From Candidatus Latescibacterota bacterium (GTDB taxonomy: Bacteria > Latescibacterota > UBA2968 > UBA8231), in the NCBI GenBank assembly GCA_965208105.1, contig OZ242318.1:1024001-1088000 (forward strand): a stretch of 64,000 nt of DNA, given 5' to 3'. Positions 25,846-35,201 of this stretch are shown one piece after another. Each line of letters starts with the position of its first letter. Position 1 is the stretch's first letter. The notes under the pieces were generated by a model. That model had not been told where the DNA came from and searched no databases. It saw only the letters and a program-made list of their open reading frames with translations. The translations under genes and the position numbers were made by a program.

Positions 25846-26985
25846 TCAGGCGGCGATCCGAGGCCTCCTGGCCACGAGGCGGCCGGGGCGTTTCTGCTCC
25901 CAGGCGATGGCCCAGATGAAACCCAAAAGCTCCCGCGCGATCGCGGTGCAGACTTTGTTTTTCGGCATCCCTCGCCCACTCAGCCGTCGATAGCGTCCAC
26001 ACAGGCGTTTCTGTGCCTTCCAGGCGATGGCCTGTATGGGGGGTGCGGTCTGTTCGGCGCGTCGTTGCAAGGCGGCCGTCTTGCGGGCGGGAAAGCGATA
26101 GCACCAGGCCGCTTCCACCAGCACGCGCCGCACGTGGGCGTTGCCCGCCTTGGTGATCGCCCCTCGCTTTTGGCGGGAGCCGCTGGAATGCTCGCTGGGG
26201 ACCAGACCGACGAAGGCCATCAGTTGGCGCGGCGAGTCAAAGCGGGTGAGGTCCCCCAACTCGGCCAGGGTCGTAACCGCGGTGAGCGTGTCTACCCCGC
26301 GCAGCGCCCTCATAGCCCGCGTCTCCCCTTCCAAAGACCATCCCTCCAGCGCCTGCTGCAGGGCCTGGTCCAACCCCTGGATCCGACCTTGGGCTTCCTG
26401 TACCGCGTCCACGTATTCCTGAAAGACGATCTGCTGGGCCGGATGATCGAAGCGCTGGGTCTGCAGCCAGCGAAAGTGGGCTTGGGTCCAGCGACTGCGC
26501 CCGGAGTAGATCCGGCCGTGGCGCTGCAAGAAGCTGTTCAGCCGCTGGCGCACGCGGCGCTCGGCGTGCTTGAAGTCTTCCCGGCAGCGCTCCAGATCGC
26601 GCATCGCCTCCTGCGCTTCGTCGGGCACCCACACGGGGGTCAACTCGCCGTGTTGGAAAAGCCGCACCAGAGACACAGCATCGCGGCGGTCGGTCTTGAT
26701 GCGGTCGCCCGGCCGACGCGGGATCAGCGAGGGCGCCACCACCGTGCAGGCGTGCCCCAGGGCTGTGAGCTGACGGTAGACGCCGTAGCCGCAGGGTCCG
26801 GCCTCGTAGCAAAACCGCAACGAGGTCCCACCACGGGCCAGTTGGCCCGCCAGCTTGGACAACGCGGCGCCCGTAGACGGTATCGTTCCATACAGGTCTG
26901 GCCCTTTTCGGCCTTCACCGGCCAGGGCGACGGTGATCGAATCTTTATGTATGTCCAAGGCGACGAATTTCGTAGATTTACGCAT
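25846..26985 (-). CDS. IS110 family transposase (DEDD recombinase)
   Basis: VALDIHK, CYEAGPCG, IKTDRRDA, GLVPSEHSSG..GAITKAGN. RBS AGGAGG upstream. Confidence 0.95.
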   Translation of the reverse strand: MRKSTKFVALDIHKDSITVALAGEGRKGPDLYGTIPSTGAALSKLAGQLARGGTSLRFCYEAGPCGYGVYRQLTALGHACTVVAPSLIPRRPGDRIKTDRRDAVSLVRLFQHGELTPVWVPDEAQEAMRDLERCREDFKHAERRVRQRLNSFLQRHGRIYSGRSRWTQAHFRWLQTQRFDHPAQQIVFQEYVDAVQEAQGRIQGLDQALQQALEGWSLEGETRAMRALRGVDTLTAVTTLAELGDLTRFDSPRQLMAFVGLVPSEHSSGSRQKRGAITKAGNAHVRRVLVEAAWCYRFPARKTAALQRRAEQTAPPIQAIAWKAQKRLCGRYRRLSGRGMPKNKVCTAIARELLGFIWAIAWEQKRPGRLVARRPRIAA

Positions 26986-27098
26986 GGCCTCCTCCTTCTC
27001 GCTGGGGATAGGTCTTTGGGTGAACTCCGTTTTCCCAAAGATAACCCCCGACAACCGAGTCGGAGGAGGTCTTTCATATCTCCGTCAATACATAAGGT

Positions 27099-28238
27099 CT
27101 AGACCCCGGCTAGGGCCTGAGCAAAATCCGCGCACAAATCCTCGGCGGCCTCGATTCCGCAGGCCACTCGCACCAGACCGTCGGTTATGCCCATGGCCGC
27201 CCGCTCTTCCCCACTCAAGCCGCTGTGCGACGTGGTGGCCGGCCGGGTAATCAGGGTTTCGACCCCGCCCAGGCTCGGAGCCGAGGCCGGCAGGACGAGC
27301 CTGGACAGCAATCGCTCTGCGGCTTCCACTCCCCCTTGCAGCTCGAAGCTCAATACCCCACCCGCCCCCGTGAACAGCCGTTGCGCCCGCTGATATTGCG
27401 GATGGCTTTCCAGCCCCGGATAATTCACCCGTCTCACCTGCTCCTGCCCGGCCAGAAAGCGCGCCAGCCGCAGGCCATTTTCGTCGTGCTGGCGCATTCT
27501 CAGCGACAAGGTCTTCAGGCCTCGTTGCAGCAGAAAGCAGGTGTGGGTATCCAAGGTCCCTCCCAGGTGATTGAGTTTGTGGGTAATGGCGTTGATGCGG
27601 GCAGCCGAGCCCACTACCACCCCGGCGACGAGGTCCGAGTGGCCGTTGAGATACTTGGTCGCGCTATGCAGCTCCAGGTCGAAACCGATCTCCAGCGGGC
27701 GGAAGTTGCACGGCGAGGCAAAGGTATTGTCGATCAGGGATACCAGCTCATGCTCGCGGGCAAATTCCACCACCGCCTCCAAGTCCGCCACCTCCAGCAG
27801 CGGGTTGGTCATTGTCTCCACGTAGATCGCCCGGGTCTCCGGCCGCAGCTTGGCCGCCCATGTCTCCGGCGCATTGCCGCCGATGAAGTCGTAGCTCAAG
27901 CCAAAATCCGGCGCATCCTGGGTAACAAAGCCGTGCGTGCCCCCGTAGAGGCAGTCCTGGATGAGCAGGTGATCGCCGCTGTTGAGCACGGTCAGGGATG
28001 CGGTGGTAATCGCGGCCATCCCCGAGCCGGTGACCAGGGCAGCCTCGCCGCCGCAGACAGCGGCCAGTTTGGCGTGCAATACGCGGTGATTGGGGGTGTT
28101 GTTGAGGCGGAGATAGCGGATGTCGTCGTATGCCTGCTCGTCCTGCGAGACATATGTCGAGCTCTGGAAGATCGGCAGCACGACGGCTCCGTCGATGCGC
28201 TCCTCGCCGGCGTGGACGAGGCGAGTCTGAATATCCAT
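27099..28238 (-). CDS. Cys/Met metabolism PLP enzyme (cystathionine/methionine gamma-lyase family)
   Basis: [44 protein letters not shown]. Confidence 0.93.
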   Translation of the reverse strand: MDIQTRLVHAGEERIDGAVVLPIFQSSTYVSQDEQAYDDIRYLRLNNTPNHRVLHAKLAAVCGGEAALVTGSGMAAITTASLTVLNSGDHLLIQDCLYGGTHGFVTQDAPDFGLSYDFIGGNAPETWAAKLRPETRAIYVETMTNPLLEVADLEAVVEFAREHELVSLIDNTFASPCNFRPLEIGFDLELHSATKYLNGHSDLVAGVVVGSAARINAITHKLNHLGGTLDTHTCFLLQRGLKTLSLRMRQHDENGLRLARFLAGQEQVRRVNYPGLESHPQYQRAQRLFTGAGGVLSFELQGGVEAAERLLSRLVLPASAPSLGGVETLITRPATTSHSGLSGEERAAMGITDGLVRVACGIEAAEDLCADFAQALAGV

Positions 28239-28310
28239 GTTGGTTTCCTTATCTGGTTTTCAGGGAAATTTTAGTGTGCAGCCGCTCGTATAGCGGAATG
28301 AAGTTCCGGC

Positions 28311-28347
28311 GGCAGGTTGGCCGGAGCCGAGGGTGCTCGTGTTATGC
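28311..28347 (-). repeat. Partial attC (R'' half)
   Basis: ggccggagccgagggtgctcgtgttatgc resembles 18203-18231 ggcccgagccgtgggtgctcgtgttaagc. Confidence 0.65.
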
Positions 28348-28372
28348 GAGGCAGGCCAACATATAGCCATTG

Positions 28373-28948
28373 TCAGGTTTCAGACCTTCCGAACATGAAG
28401 GACATTTCCCGATGAAAGCTCATGTTGTCGTCGGGAACTATGTACTCCAATCTATCGCAAATGAACGACCCTTTCGGCGCCGTGTTCTGAAGTTGGTCGC
28501 AAAGCTCGAGACTCTCCTGTATCGAGATGAACTCCGCGATCGTCATATGAGGTGGTATGTGCCTCCTCTTGTACACCTTGCTGCCAAATGCCCGGGATTT
28601 ATGGAGGGCCTGCTGCAACGCGCGAATCGGCTCAGCGGGATGTATTGAGTATGAGACACCCGGATGCTTGCTGGATGCGTGGAGTGTACGGAAATGGAGA
28701 TCAAATGGCTGGAATTCCTGCAATATGCCTTGGATCTCGGTTTCGAGGTCTGGAGTCATCTCCAGGCTGAGCGGGTCCGATACGGAGATGTGAGTACCGC
28801 AGGTGGCATGAGATTTCGGATCGTAGCGCTCCCGCAATGGATCTATTAGATCGCTCACCTCTTTCGGAGGCATGATGAGGATCAATCCGAGTCGATAGTC
28901 GAGCTGCCAATCCTCCCACCTATCTGTATTCTGTGCATACCTGACCAT
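28373..28948 (-). CDS. 2H phosphoesterase / 2'-5' RNA ligase family protein
   Basis: Two HxT/S motifs (THISV, PHMTIA). Confidence 0.85.
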   Translation of the reverse strand: MVRYAQNTDRWEDWQLDYRLGLILIMPPKEVSDLIDPLRERYDPKSHATCGTHISVSDPLSLEMTPDLETEIQGILQEFQPFDLHFRTLHASSKHPGVSYSIHPAEPIRALQQALHKSRAFGSKVYKRRHIPPHMTIAEFISIQESLELCDQLQNTAPKGSFICDRLEYIVPDDNMSFHREMSFMFGRSET

Positions 28949-28949
28949 C

Positions 28950-29729
28950 CTAGTTCCCCTCCCGGGCTACGTGCACCGCCTCACCTCCTGGAGGGTTCCA
29001 GACAACCTGGACCTGAGAGAAACCTGCCTGCCGAAGGAGATTGGTCTGGGTCTCGACCGGCAGAGTTATGTCAAAGTTCCACTCGCCACGGTCGCCGCCC
29101 GGCAGCTTGCCGATCCACCTGTTGTACCAATAGAGGGTGTCTTCTTCTCCCCTGGGATCCTTGTCTGATTGATCGCCCTCGACGTAGACGCCGGCAGGCC
29201 GCAATGCTTCTCTCACCCTCTCATAGACGGGAACTTTCTTCTCGGGAAGAAAATGGTGCATCGTAAGGACTGAGACGGCGTAATCGTACTCCTGGTTTCC
29301 AAACGGAATATCCAGCAAATTGCCCTGGACCAACCTCAGCTGCCCGGATTTGTCAGCGAACTTGGCTTCGAGCTGTCCAAGCATGTTGGGAGCTCTATCC
29401 ACCGCCGTAATGCGCGCGTTGGGAGCTCTCGCAAAGACGAATTCGAGCTGTATACCGGTCCCGCAGCCAATGTCCAGAATGTCGATTGGTTCATCGGTCA
29501 GTGGTATCTGGCCGGCAACGGCCTGGTAGAAGGGGTCGTCCGGCCCAACACCAAACTTCCTGTCCCAGATGTCAGCGGTGGAGTTGAAGAAGCCAAAGAG
29601 TTCCTCGACGCCGTCATGCATCCAGTCTTTGACATCGTCGCCCGATGGTCCCGGGGCAATGCGTATTTGTTCCCTTCGCCTCAGAAATTCTTCCTCTATC
29701 GCCTGTGATTCAGGCTTGTCCGCAGGCAT
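28950..29729 (-). CDS. Class I SAM-dependent methyltransferase
   Basis: ILDIGCGTG, VSVLTMHH, LRPAGVYVEGD. The longer ORF start runs through an attC and was not used. Confidence 0.9.
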   Translation of the reverse strand: MPADKPESQAIEEEFLRRREQIRIAPGPSGDDVKDWMHDGVEELFGFFNSTADIWDRKFGVGPDDPFYQAVAGQIPLTDEPIDILDIGCGTGIQLEFVFARAPNARITAVDRAPNMLGQLEAKFADKSGQLRLVQGNLLDIPFGNQEYDYAVSVLTMHHFLPEKKVPVYERVREALRPAGVYVEGDQSDKDPRGEEDTLYWYNRWIGKLPGGDRGEWNFDITLPVETQTNLLRQAGFSQVQVVWNPPGGEAVHVAREGN

Positions 29730-29772
29730 ATTGTTCTTCCCATTTCGCAGACCCATAAAGGCCACAGTTTCA

Positions 29773-29870
29773 CCTGATGTTTGTGGGTTTATGAACCCCG
29801 AGCTTGTCGAAGGATTGCCGAAGGCCAAGACGCCCGGAGGGCGAGGCAAGCGTAAACCGTTCGGTTACCC
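29773..29870 (-). repeat. Degenerate attC site
   Basis: ggtttatgaaccccgagcttgtcgaaggattgccgaaggccaagacgcccggagggcg..cgtaaacc..gttaccc. Confidence 0.8.
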
Positions 29871-29882
29871 GATAGCGTCATC

Positions 29883-31490
29883 TCATCTGGCCCCGGCTCT
29901 GCGCAGGCGTCCGGCCACTTCGTCATGATCATTGCGCTCAACCCACGCCAACGGCCTGGCCCAGGACGCACCTCCACCGTTGGGATCGGCCCCTCGCTTC
30001 AGCAGTAGCTCAACGGCCTCGAGATGTCCCGCACGCGCTGCGAAGCCCAGAGGTGTCGACCTATCTTCCTCGTCCAGGGCTTCCAGGTCAGCACCGTGGT
30101 CCAGAAACATACGGATGAGCTCCACCGCATGCTTGGCCGTGTACGGTGAGCTCCACAGGTCGTGCAGGGGAGTACGCCGTTGCCAGTCCGGGAGATTTGG
30201 GTCCAGACCGTGTTCCAGCAGCTGCCGCGTCATATGGGGTGCCTGGTACAGGTAGGTTTTGCACTCGGTCAGCACCGCCGGCATGGGATACTTTCGTGCC
30301 AGAAAGATCTTCAGCAACGCCTCGTGCGCGGCGGTAGAGTCGCCTTTGTCCAATCTGCGCCGGTAGCCACTGACGATGGCTGTGTAGGGAGTTCTCTGGA
30401 ATTCCCACTCCTCCTGGCTGAACGGGTCGTCGCAGTAGCGCAGGATTGTGGCTGCCGTCTCCAGCTCGCCGCGCTGCAGATACCCCCATGCAACCCTGGG
30501 TTTGCCACCATGCGAGTAAAGCAGGCCTCGCATCTCGTCGGTCTCGGCCCGGCTCGCCGGAGTGCCGCTGGAGTCGATCCCGCCATTGGGGTCCGCTCCG
30601 GCTTCCAGGAGCCAACCGGCCATCTCGAGGTCGTTCATAAGGGTAGCCGACATCAGCGCGGAGCCCTTCGGACAGGTTCGTGTCTCGCGCAGCCCCGCAT
30701 CGGCTCCCTGATCGAGAAGAAATCGCGCTATCTGCCGGTGACCGCGCTCAACAGCCGCCGAAAGTGGCCGCTTCCCCAGCGTGTCAGGATCGTTGGCCTG
30801 AGGGGTGTGGGCTTGTACGAAACCCCGCAAGGCATCCATATCCCCACGCGCCGCCGCCAGCGTCGCAGAATCCTTGGCCCCCGTACGGTACAAGGCATTC
30901 GCCAATTGCTCGGGATTCTCTCGCAGGTTCCAGTAGGTACCGCCCCAGTAGGCGTAGTGAACGGGCCGAAATCCAGCGTGGTCGACAGCATCCACCGGCG
31001 CGCCGACATCGAGAAGAGCCCGCAAGGATATTTCGTCGCGCTTTATCACCGCCGAATGAAGGGGGGTTCGGCCGTCGCGATCAACTTGCTCCACAAGCTC
31101 CGGCGCAGCAGCCAGCAAACGTTTCACTTCCTCACTGTCTTCCAGGTCGATGGCTTCGTGGAGTCGCAGGTCGGAGACAACCGCATCCACACCAACTTCG
31201 CTGCGAAGATACTCGGAGACTTCTGTGTGACCGCGATCGTCGGCCAACTCGATCAAATGGGCAGGTTTTTCGGGCCGATGTGCGGCCCAGAGTGTTTTCG
31301 TCGCTTCCAGATTGCCTTCTCGCACGGCGAAGTGAATCGGGGTCGTGTACCAGAACTCGAGCCGAGCGCAGTGCGGATCGTCGGCAAGGCGCCGCTGCAG
31401 AATTTCGACCTCGTTGCGAATCGCCGCGCAGAACAGGTCCCAGGCCAGGCGGCCTTCTTCGGTTTCCACACACCGTGCCGGACGTATCAT
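29883..31490 (-). CDS. Ankyrin-repeat protein (cassette)
   Basis: Repeated TPIHFAV, GRTPLHSAV, RPLSAAV, TPLGFAA..GHLEAVELLL.RGADPN. Start placed inside the cassette boundary. Confidence 0.92.
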   Translation of the reverse strand: MIRPARCVETEEGRLAWDLFCAAIRNEVEILQRRLADDPHCARLEFWYTTPIHFAVREGNLEATKTLWAAHRPEKPAHLIELADDRGHTEVSEYLRSEVGVDAVVSDLRLHEAIDLEDSEEVKRLLAAAPELVEQVDRDGRTPLHSAVIKRDEISLRALLDVGAPVDAVDHAGFRPVHYAYWGGTYWNLRENPEQLANALYRTGAKDSATLAAARGDMDALRGFVQAHTPQANDPDTLGKRPLSAAVERGHRQIARFLLDQGADAGLRETRTCPKGSALMSATLMNDLEMAGWLLEAGADPNGGIDSSGTPASRAETDEMRGLLYSHGGKPRVAWGYLQRGELETAATILRYCDDPFSQEEWEFQRTPYTAIVSGYRRRLDKGDSTAAHEALLKIFLARKYPMPAVLTECKTYLYQAPHMTRQLLEHGLDPNLPDWQRRTPLHDLWSSPYTAKHAVELIRMFLDHGADLEALDEEDRSTPLGFAARAGHLEAVELLLKRGADPNGGGASWARPLAWVERNDHDEVAGRLRRAGAR

Positions 31491-31529
31491 GCCGTCGATT
31501 TTGTCCTGCGCCGTCCGTCCGTCCTCGTC

Positions 31530-31620
31530 GGGTAACCTTCTCACCATTTGCAACCCCGCCTAAGAGAAGTCTCGAAGGCCAAGGGGCGAATGTCCCTTGG
31601 CGATAATGGGTACGATATAT
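31530..31620 (-). repeat. Degenerate attC site (GAT-type R'' end)
   Basis: gggtaac..gaaggccaaggggcgaatgtccc..aatgg..gatatat, the same subtype as 52448-52537. Confidence 0.75.
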
Positions 31621-31694
31621 GAAGTTGGAATCTGGTTGTAGGTAAGAATTGTCTCAAGTCCCGGCGTGATAGCTCAAATTGCCCGGTGGGCTCA

Positions 31695-32243
31695 TCAGCC
31701 TGCCCTGATCCTCGGATCTCGAAAACGCGCAATTGCGTGAGGTCCGTAGGTTCCCAGGGAGATCGTCCCGGTGAGGTCGTCGTTCACGTCGACATCGCTC
31801 ACGGGCTGCCTATCGACAAAGCTTTTGACTGTTGATCCCTCGACTGCAAGGAGCAGGTCATACTCTCGGCCCCACTCGATGTCCATGTCGAGGAGCTGGA
31901 GCACGTTGGTGCCATGCTTGCCTCGTTCATAGCTGCTTATCGCCATCTTTCCCATCCCTCTGAGCCAATCGAGCATGTAGATTTTCGGGCGCTCCACAGT
32001 TATTCCGAAATCTATCTGCAGGTTGGCCCCGTGAACGAGCGTAGCCTGGACACTCAGCTCGAAGTTGGACCAGTTGCCCTTCTGATAGGTCAGTGCGTTG
32101 CATTGGTTCAGGCCAGCCGCATCGATGACGAGGGCATCGCCGTCACGAGACCAAACTCTCGGATCATCGGGTTCCCACCCTGCAAGATCATTGCCATGGA
32201 GCAGGGATTTCCAATCACCGTCGCATTCGCCAGTTGCTTCCAT
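31695..32243 (-). CDS. DUF1080 (3-keto-disaccharide hydrolase-like) domain protein
   Basis: WKSLLHGNDLAGW..NFELSVQ..ARFRDPRIR. RBS AGGAG upstream. Confidence 0.7.
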   Translation of the reverse strand: MEATGECDGDWKSLLHGNDLAGWEPDDPRVWSRDGDALVIDAAGLNQCNALTYQKGNWSNFELSVQATLVHGANLQIDFGITVERPKIYMLDWLRGMGKMAISSYERGKHGTNVLQLLDMDIEWGREYDLLLAVEGSTVKSFVDRQPVSDVDVNDDLTGTISLGTYGPHAIARFRDPRIRAG

Positions 32244-32293
32244 CAACTCTACTCCTTGCCCGACGCAACGATTGCGCATCACCGTGCGGCCCT

Positions 32294-33178
32294 TTACCCC
32301 TGGTTCAGTTCCGAGGGAATACCCGCTGCATTGACGTTGTCCGCTCCGGCGACGACCGGCCAGGCCTGGCCGCCCTGGAACTCGAAATCCTCGCGTCCGC
32401 ACAACCAAAGAAACAGGCGCGCAACGCGCACCGAGTCGTGCCACTTCTCGGGCATCTGGCTGCCCGTGCTGAAGTCGATCTTGGTGAAATCGCACTCTGG
32501 ATCGGCGACCCAGTCGCGCGTGGGCGCGGCCGTGCGCCTGTAGTTGTATTTGAGCAGGTCGCGGACCCCCCTACCCGTGGCGGTGGTGCTGCGATGCCAG
32601 ATGGAGTAGTGGGTGATGAAGATCGAACCGGCCGGCGCCACGGTCTGCACCCCCTGCCGCATGCTGCCGTACTGGGTCATGTATCGGCGCTTGATACGCA
32701 GAAAGTGGGAACTGGGCAAAAACTCGGTTGGCCCCAGCTCGGCGGGCGAATCCTGCGGGTAGTAGAAAACCTGAAGACAGTCCAGCCGCGGCGAGTCGAT
32801 GGCCCCGCCGTCGCGGTGCCAGCCGCCGCTCATGGCGAACGGGCCCTGGAGGCGAGTGTCGCTCATGTGCATGGGCAGCGTGAAGTCTTTGCCCAGGAGC
32901 GAGCGCACCGCCCCCGCTGCTTGAGGGTTCTTGATGACGTTGTCGACGAACCACTCCTTCTCCAGGATTTCCATCGGCACTAACACCCTGCGGTTTTCGA
33001 GCTGGCCCCCACCGACAGCTTGGGGGTGTTCTAATTCATACCTGTCGATGAACTCCCTGGTCCGGCGGTTGATATCATCGGGGACTACGGCTTCGAACAT
33101 CATGATGCCATTCTTGCAGAAATCAATCACCTGCTGGTCGGTCAGCGTCGGCTCGCAATTGTACTTTTCTCCCAACAT
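32294..33178 (-). CDS. Phytanoyl-CoA dioxygenase (PhyH) family protein
   Basis: LTDQQVIDFCKNG, WHRDG, GPTEFLPSSH, AGSIFITHYSIWHR. Confidence 0.85.
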   Translation of the reverse strand: MLGEKYNCEPTLTDQQVIDFCKNGIMMFEAVVPDDINRRTREFIDRYELEHPQAVGGGQLENRRVLVPMEILEKEWFVDNVIKNPQAAGAVRSLLGKDFTLPMHMSDTRLQGPFAMSGGWHRDGGAIDSPRLDCLQVFYYPQDSPAELGPTEFLPSSHFLRIKRRYMTQYGSMRQGVQTVAPAGSIFITHYSIWHRSTTATGRGVRDLLKYNYRRTAAPTRDWVADPECDFTKIDFSTGSQMPEKWHDSVRVARLFLWLCGREDFEFQGGQAWPVVAGADNVNAAGIPSELNQG

Positions 33179-33462
33179 GATCGGTCCTTTCCGCGTGTTC
33201 AAGTCTCGATGATGGAATCGGCCACCCGCTCCCCGATCGCCCTGGTGGAAAGATTGGTTCTGGCGCGTACGCAGTCAAGCATGATGGCGGAGGCGGCCAC
33301 TCGCAGGTTTTCCACGACCAGGACTAGGACAGGTAAAGAGCATAGTCGCAATTGCAGCAAGTGGCCAGATTCCTAAATGCGGCGGGCTACGAGGCGGACG
33401 ATTGACGCCGGTACGCACGAGACTGTCCCTCTGTCCGGCGCTTCCTAAACTCGGCATCCACA

Positions 33463-33502
33463 CAACACTTTTGTTGACATCAACACTTTTGTTGTGTAAT
33501 TA
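33463..33502 (+). promoter_or_regulatory. hicAB promoter with tandem operator
   Basis: CAACACTTTTGTTG twice (33463-33476, 33481-33494) overlapping TTGACA-17-TAATTA. No RBS before ATG 33509, so probably leaderless. Confidence 0.75.
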
Positions 33503-33508
33503 TAGAAA

Positions 33509-33697
33509 ATGAAGGCCAGCGAACTCCGGCGCTGGCTCAGGAGACGAGGCTGCACGTTTCATGCGCACAAGGGCGGCAGCGGTCATATAACAGTCCGGCT
33601 TGGGGACCGCACGACTCAGTTGCCTATGCACGGTGGCAACAAGGAATTGGGCCGAGGGCTGGTGGCCAAAATCAAGAAAGACCTGGGGTTGAACTGA
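33509..33697 (+). CDS. hicA: HicA toxin
   Basis: 62 aa, basic, KGGSGH..LPMHG..IKKDLGL. Confidence 0.88.
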   Translation: MKASELRRWLRRRGCTFHAHKGGSGHITVRLGDRTTQLPMHGGNKELGRGLVAKIKKDLGLN

Positions 33698-34125
33698 TGC
33701 TGACCTATCCTATTGTACTCGAAGACGATGATAACACCCTGCTAGCTACGTCCCCGGACTTTCCGGAACTCACCACGTTTGGAATGGACCGAGACGAAGC
33801 GCTCGCACGGGCGGTTGACGCGCTAGAGGAGGCCATAGCAGCCCGCATCCACGACGGTCGGGATATTCCGTCCCCTTCACAAGGGCGGGAGGTCGCGGTG
33901 CTGCCTACGCTCACCGCCGTTAAGGTGATGCTGTATCAGGGGATGCGGGAGCAGGGGATCGGCAAGGCAGAGTTAGCGCGTCGCCTCGGCTGGCACCTTC
34001 CCCAAGTGGATCGGGTATTGGACGTTCAGCACAACTCGCGCATGGATCAGCTAGACGCAGCAATGGGTGCCATAGGCAAGCACCTGCACGTTAGGGCTAC
34101 AGACCAACAGAGGGTATCATCCTGA
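33697..34125 (+). CDS. hicB: HicB antitoxin
   Basis: YPIVL..SPDFPELTTFG..EALARAVDAL with a C-terminal HTH (KAELARRLGW). Confidence 0.9.
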   Translation: MLTYPIVLEDDDNTLLATSPDFPELTTFGMDRDEALARAVDALEEAIAARIHDGRDIPSPSQGREVAVLPTLTAVKVMLYQGMREQGIGKAELARRLGWHLPQVDRVLDVQHNSRMDQLDAAMGAIGKHLHVRATDQQRVSS

Positions 34126-34185
34126 CGTTGCGGATCATGCGCGGTTGCAGGCCGTCGCGTGCAGCCGGTTTGTTAGACAAAATGC

Positions 34186-34953
34186 TCAGGCCATCTCTGC
34201 GACCATCCACTGCATGGAGCGCCGCCGCATGACCCGTTTAAACGGGAGATTTCCCGGTTCAGCAAGGAAGCAGAGAATCTCACCGGATGTGGAGGGCAGC
34301 ATCACTGCCACATGGAGGCCGTCGCGCCAAGTGCACGGCCATTGCGGGGCACCTACCACCACAAGGTCGCAGTTGGACTGTACATGGCCATCGCGGATGA
34401 GCGGTTGCATCGTCGTGACGAACGAGATGTGTGATGGCCCGTCAGTAGTATCCTCGGCCAGACCAAACAGTTGGCGGATTCCTACCTGAACCGAGTGTCC
34501 CTGCCGGACATGCTCTTTCAGTTCCTCCAAATCGCCGCGTACGCCATTGCCATCAGCATCGTGTTCGTAGACCGTACGCCAGCGGTCGCAGATAAACCAC
34601 CGATATATCCCGTACGGATAGGCCTGGCTCTCATCCAGGCGCACATCATGCCACATCCACTTCACGTGAGAAAAGGTCCCGGAGTCGTCGTATTTGAAGA
34701 TGCTGATGTATGGTTGATGTATGTCTTGGCCGCGGTGTGAATAGCTATGGTGATGGCTCATGAGTCCGGCAAACGCGTCACTCTCACCGGCGTAAGTCTG
34801 CTGAAAATAGAGCGTTTCCTCGTACCGATCTGTGGTCATGTAAAGCCTGAGATCTGCGCCTCGGCCCACTGCCGCCGCCAAGTCGGACACCTCGCCATGG
34901 GATGAGGTCAGGTCCGTCTGCTGTTCGAGGGCAAGAGTCCAGTAGTGTCCCAT
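34186..34953 (-). CDS. Hypothetical protein
   Basis: 255-aa ORF from MGHYWTLAL with an RBS-like AGGA upstream. No family recognised. Confidence 0.55.
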   Translation of the reverse strand: MGHYWTLALEQQTDLTSSHGEVSDLAAAVGRGADLRLYMTTDRYEETLYFQQTYAGESDAFAGLMSHHHSYSHRGQDIHQPYISIFKYDDSGTFSHVKWMWHDVRLDESQAYPYGIYRWFICDRWRTVYEHDADGNGVRGDLEELKEHVRQGHSVQVGIRQLFGLAEDTTDGPSHISFVTTMQPLIRDGHVQSNCDLVVVGAPQWPCTWRDGLHVAVMLPSTSGEILCFLAEPGNLPFKRVMRRRSMQWMVAEMA

Positions 34954-35009
34954 TGTGCGCGTTTCCTTTCCTAGCAACGGGGTGGGGCATAGTCGCCATC
35001 GCAACAAGC

Positions 35010-35120
35010 AGCCAGAACACCATGATAGGGCACCTGAGTCAGCCGCGGCGGCGGCACCAGCGCCTCCAGTTTCTCGATCAACTCTTCGGGGGGAAGCAGC
35101 ACGCGGGGCGTGCCGTCGTA
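35010..35120 (-). pseudogene. IS91/ISCR-family transposase fragment
   Basis: Translates YDGTPRVLLPPEELIEKLEALVPPPRLTQVPYHGVLA, the conserved Y2-transposase segment. Confidence 0.75.
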
Positions 35121-35201
35121 TCAATCAAATGATCAAGGAGCGCGATAGAACTATCGCCAGCTTCCTAAAGCGCCAGCAGTGCAAAAGGTTGTACCACACA
35201 G

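Larger units (their letters stand above)
25551..27100 (-). mobile_element. IS110-family element, IS1111 subgroup
   Basis: 13-bp sub-terminal IRs TATGTATTGACGG (25555-25567) and CCGTCAATACATA (27082-27094). CT at both junctions, long 3' non-coding end, outward TTGACA at the right end. Confidence 0.88.
28311..32243 (-). mobile_element. Eroded cassette array 2 (3 degenerate attC sites, no leader)
   Basis: attC remnants at 28311-28347, 29773-29870 and 31530-31620. The ankyrin cassette ends GTTACCCGA and TCGGGTAAC are complementary. Confidence 0.75.

Noticed and set aside
25561-27102. 513-aa plus-strand ORF
   Set aside because: Antisense shadow of the IS110 transposase
29729-29849. N-terminal ORF extensions through attC sites (also 31490-31553, 53261-53381, 53879-53975, 55493-55631)
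   Set aside because: They translate attC DNA. Starts were moved inside the cassette boundaries.
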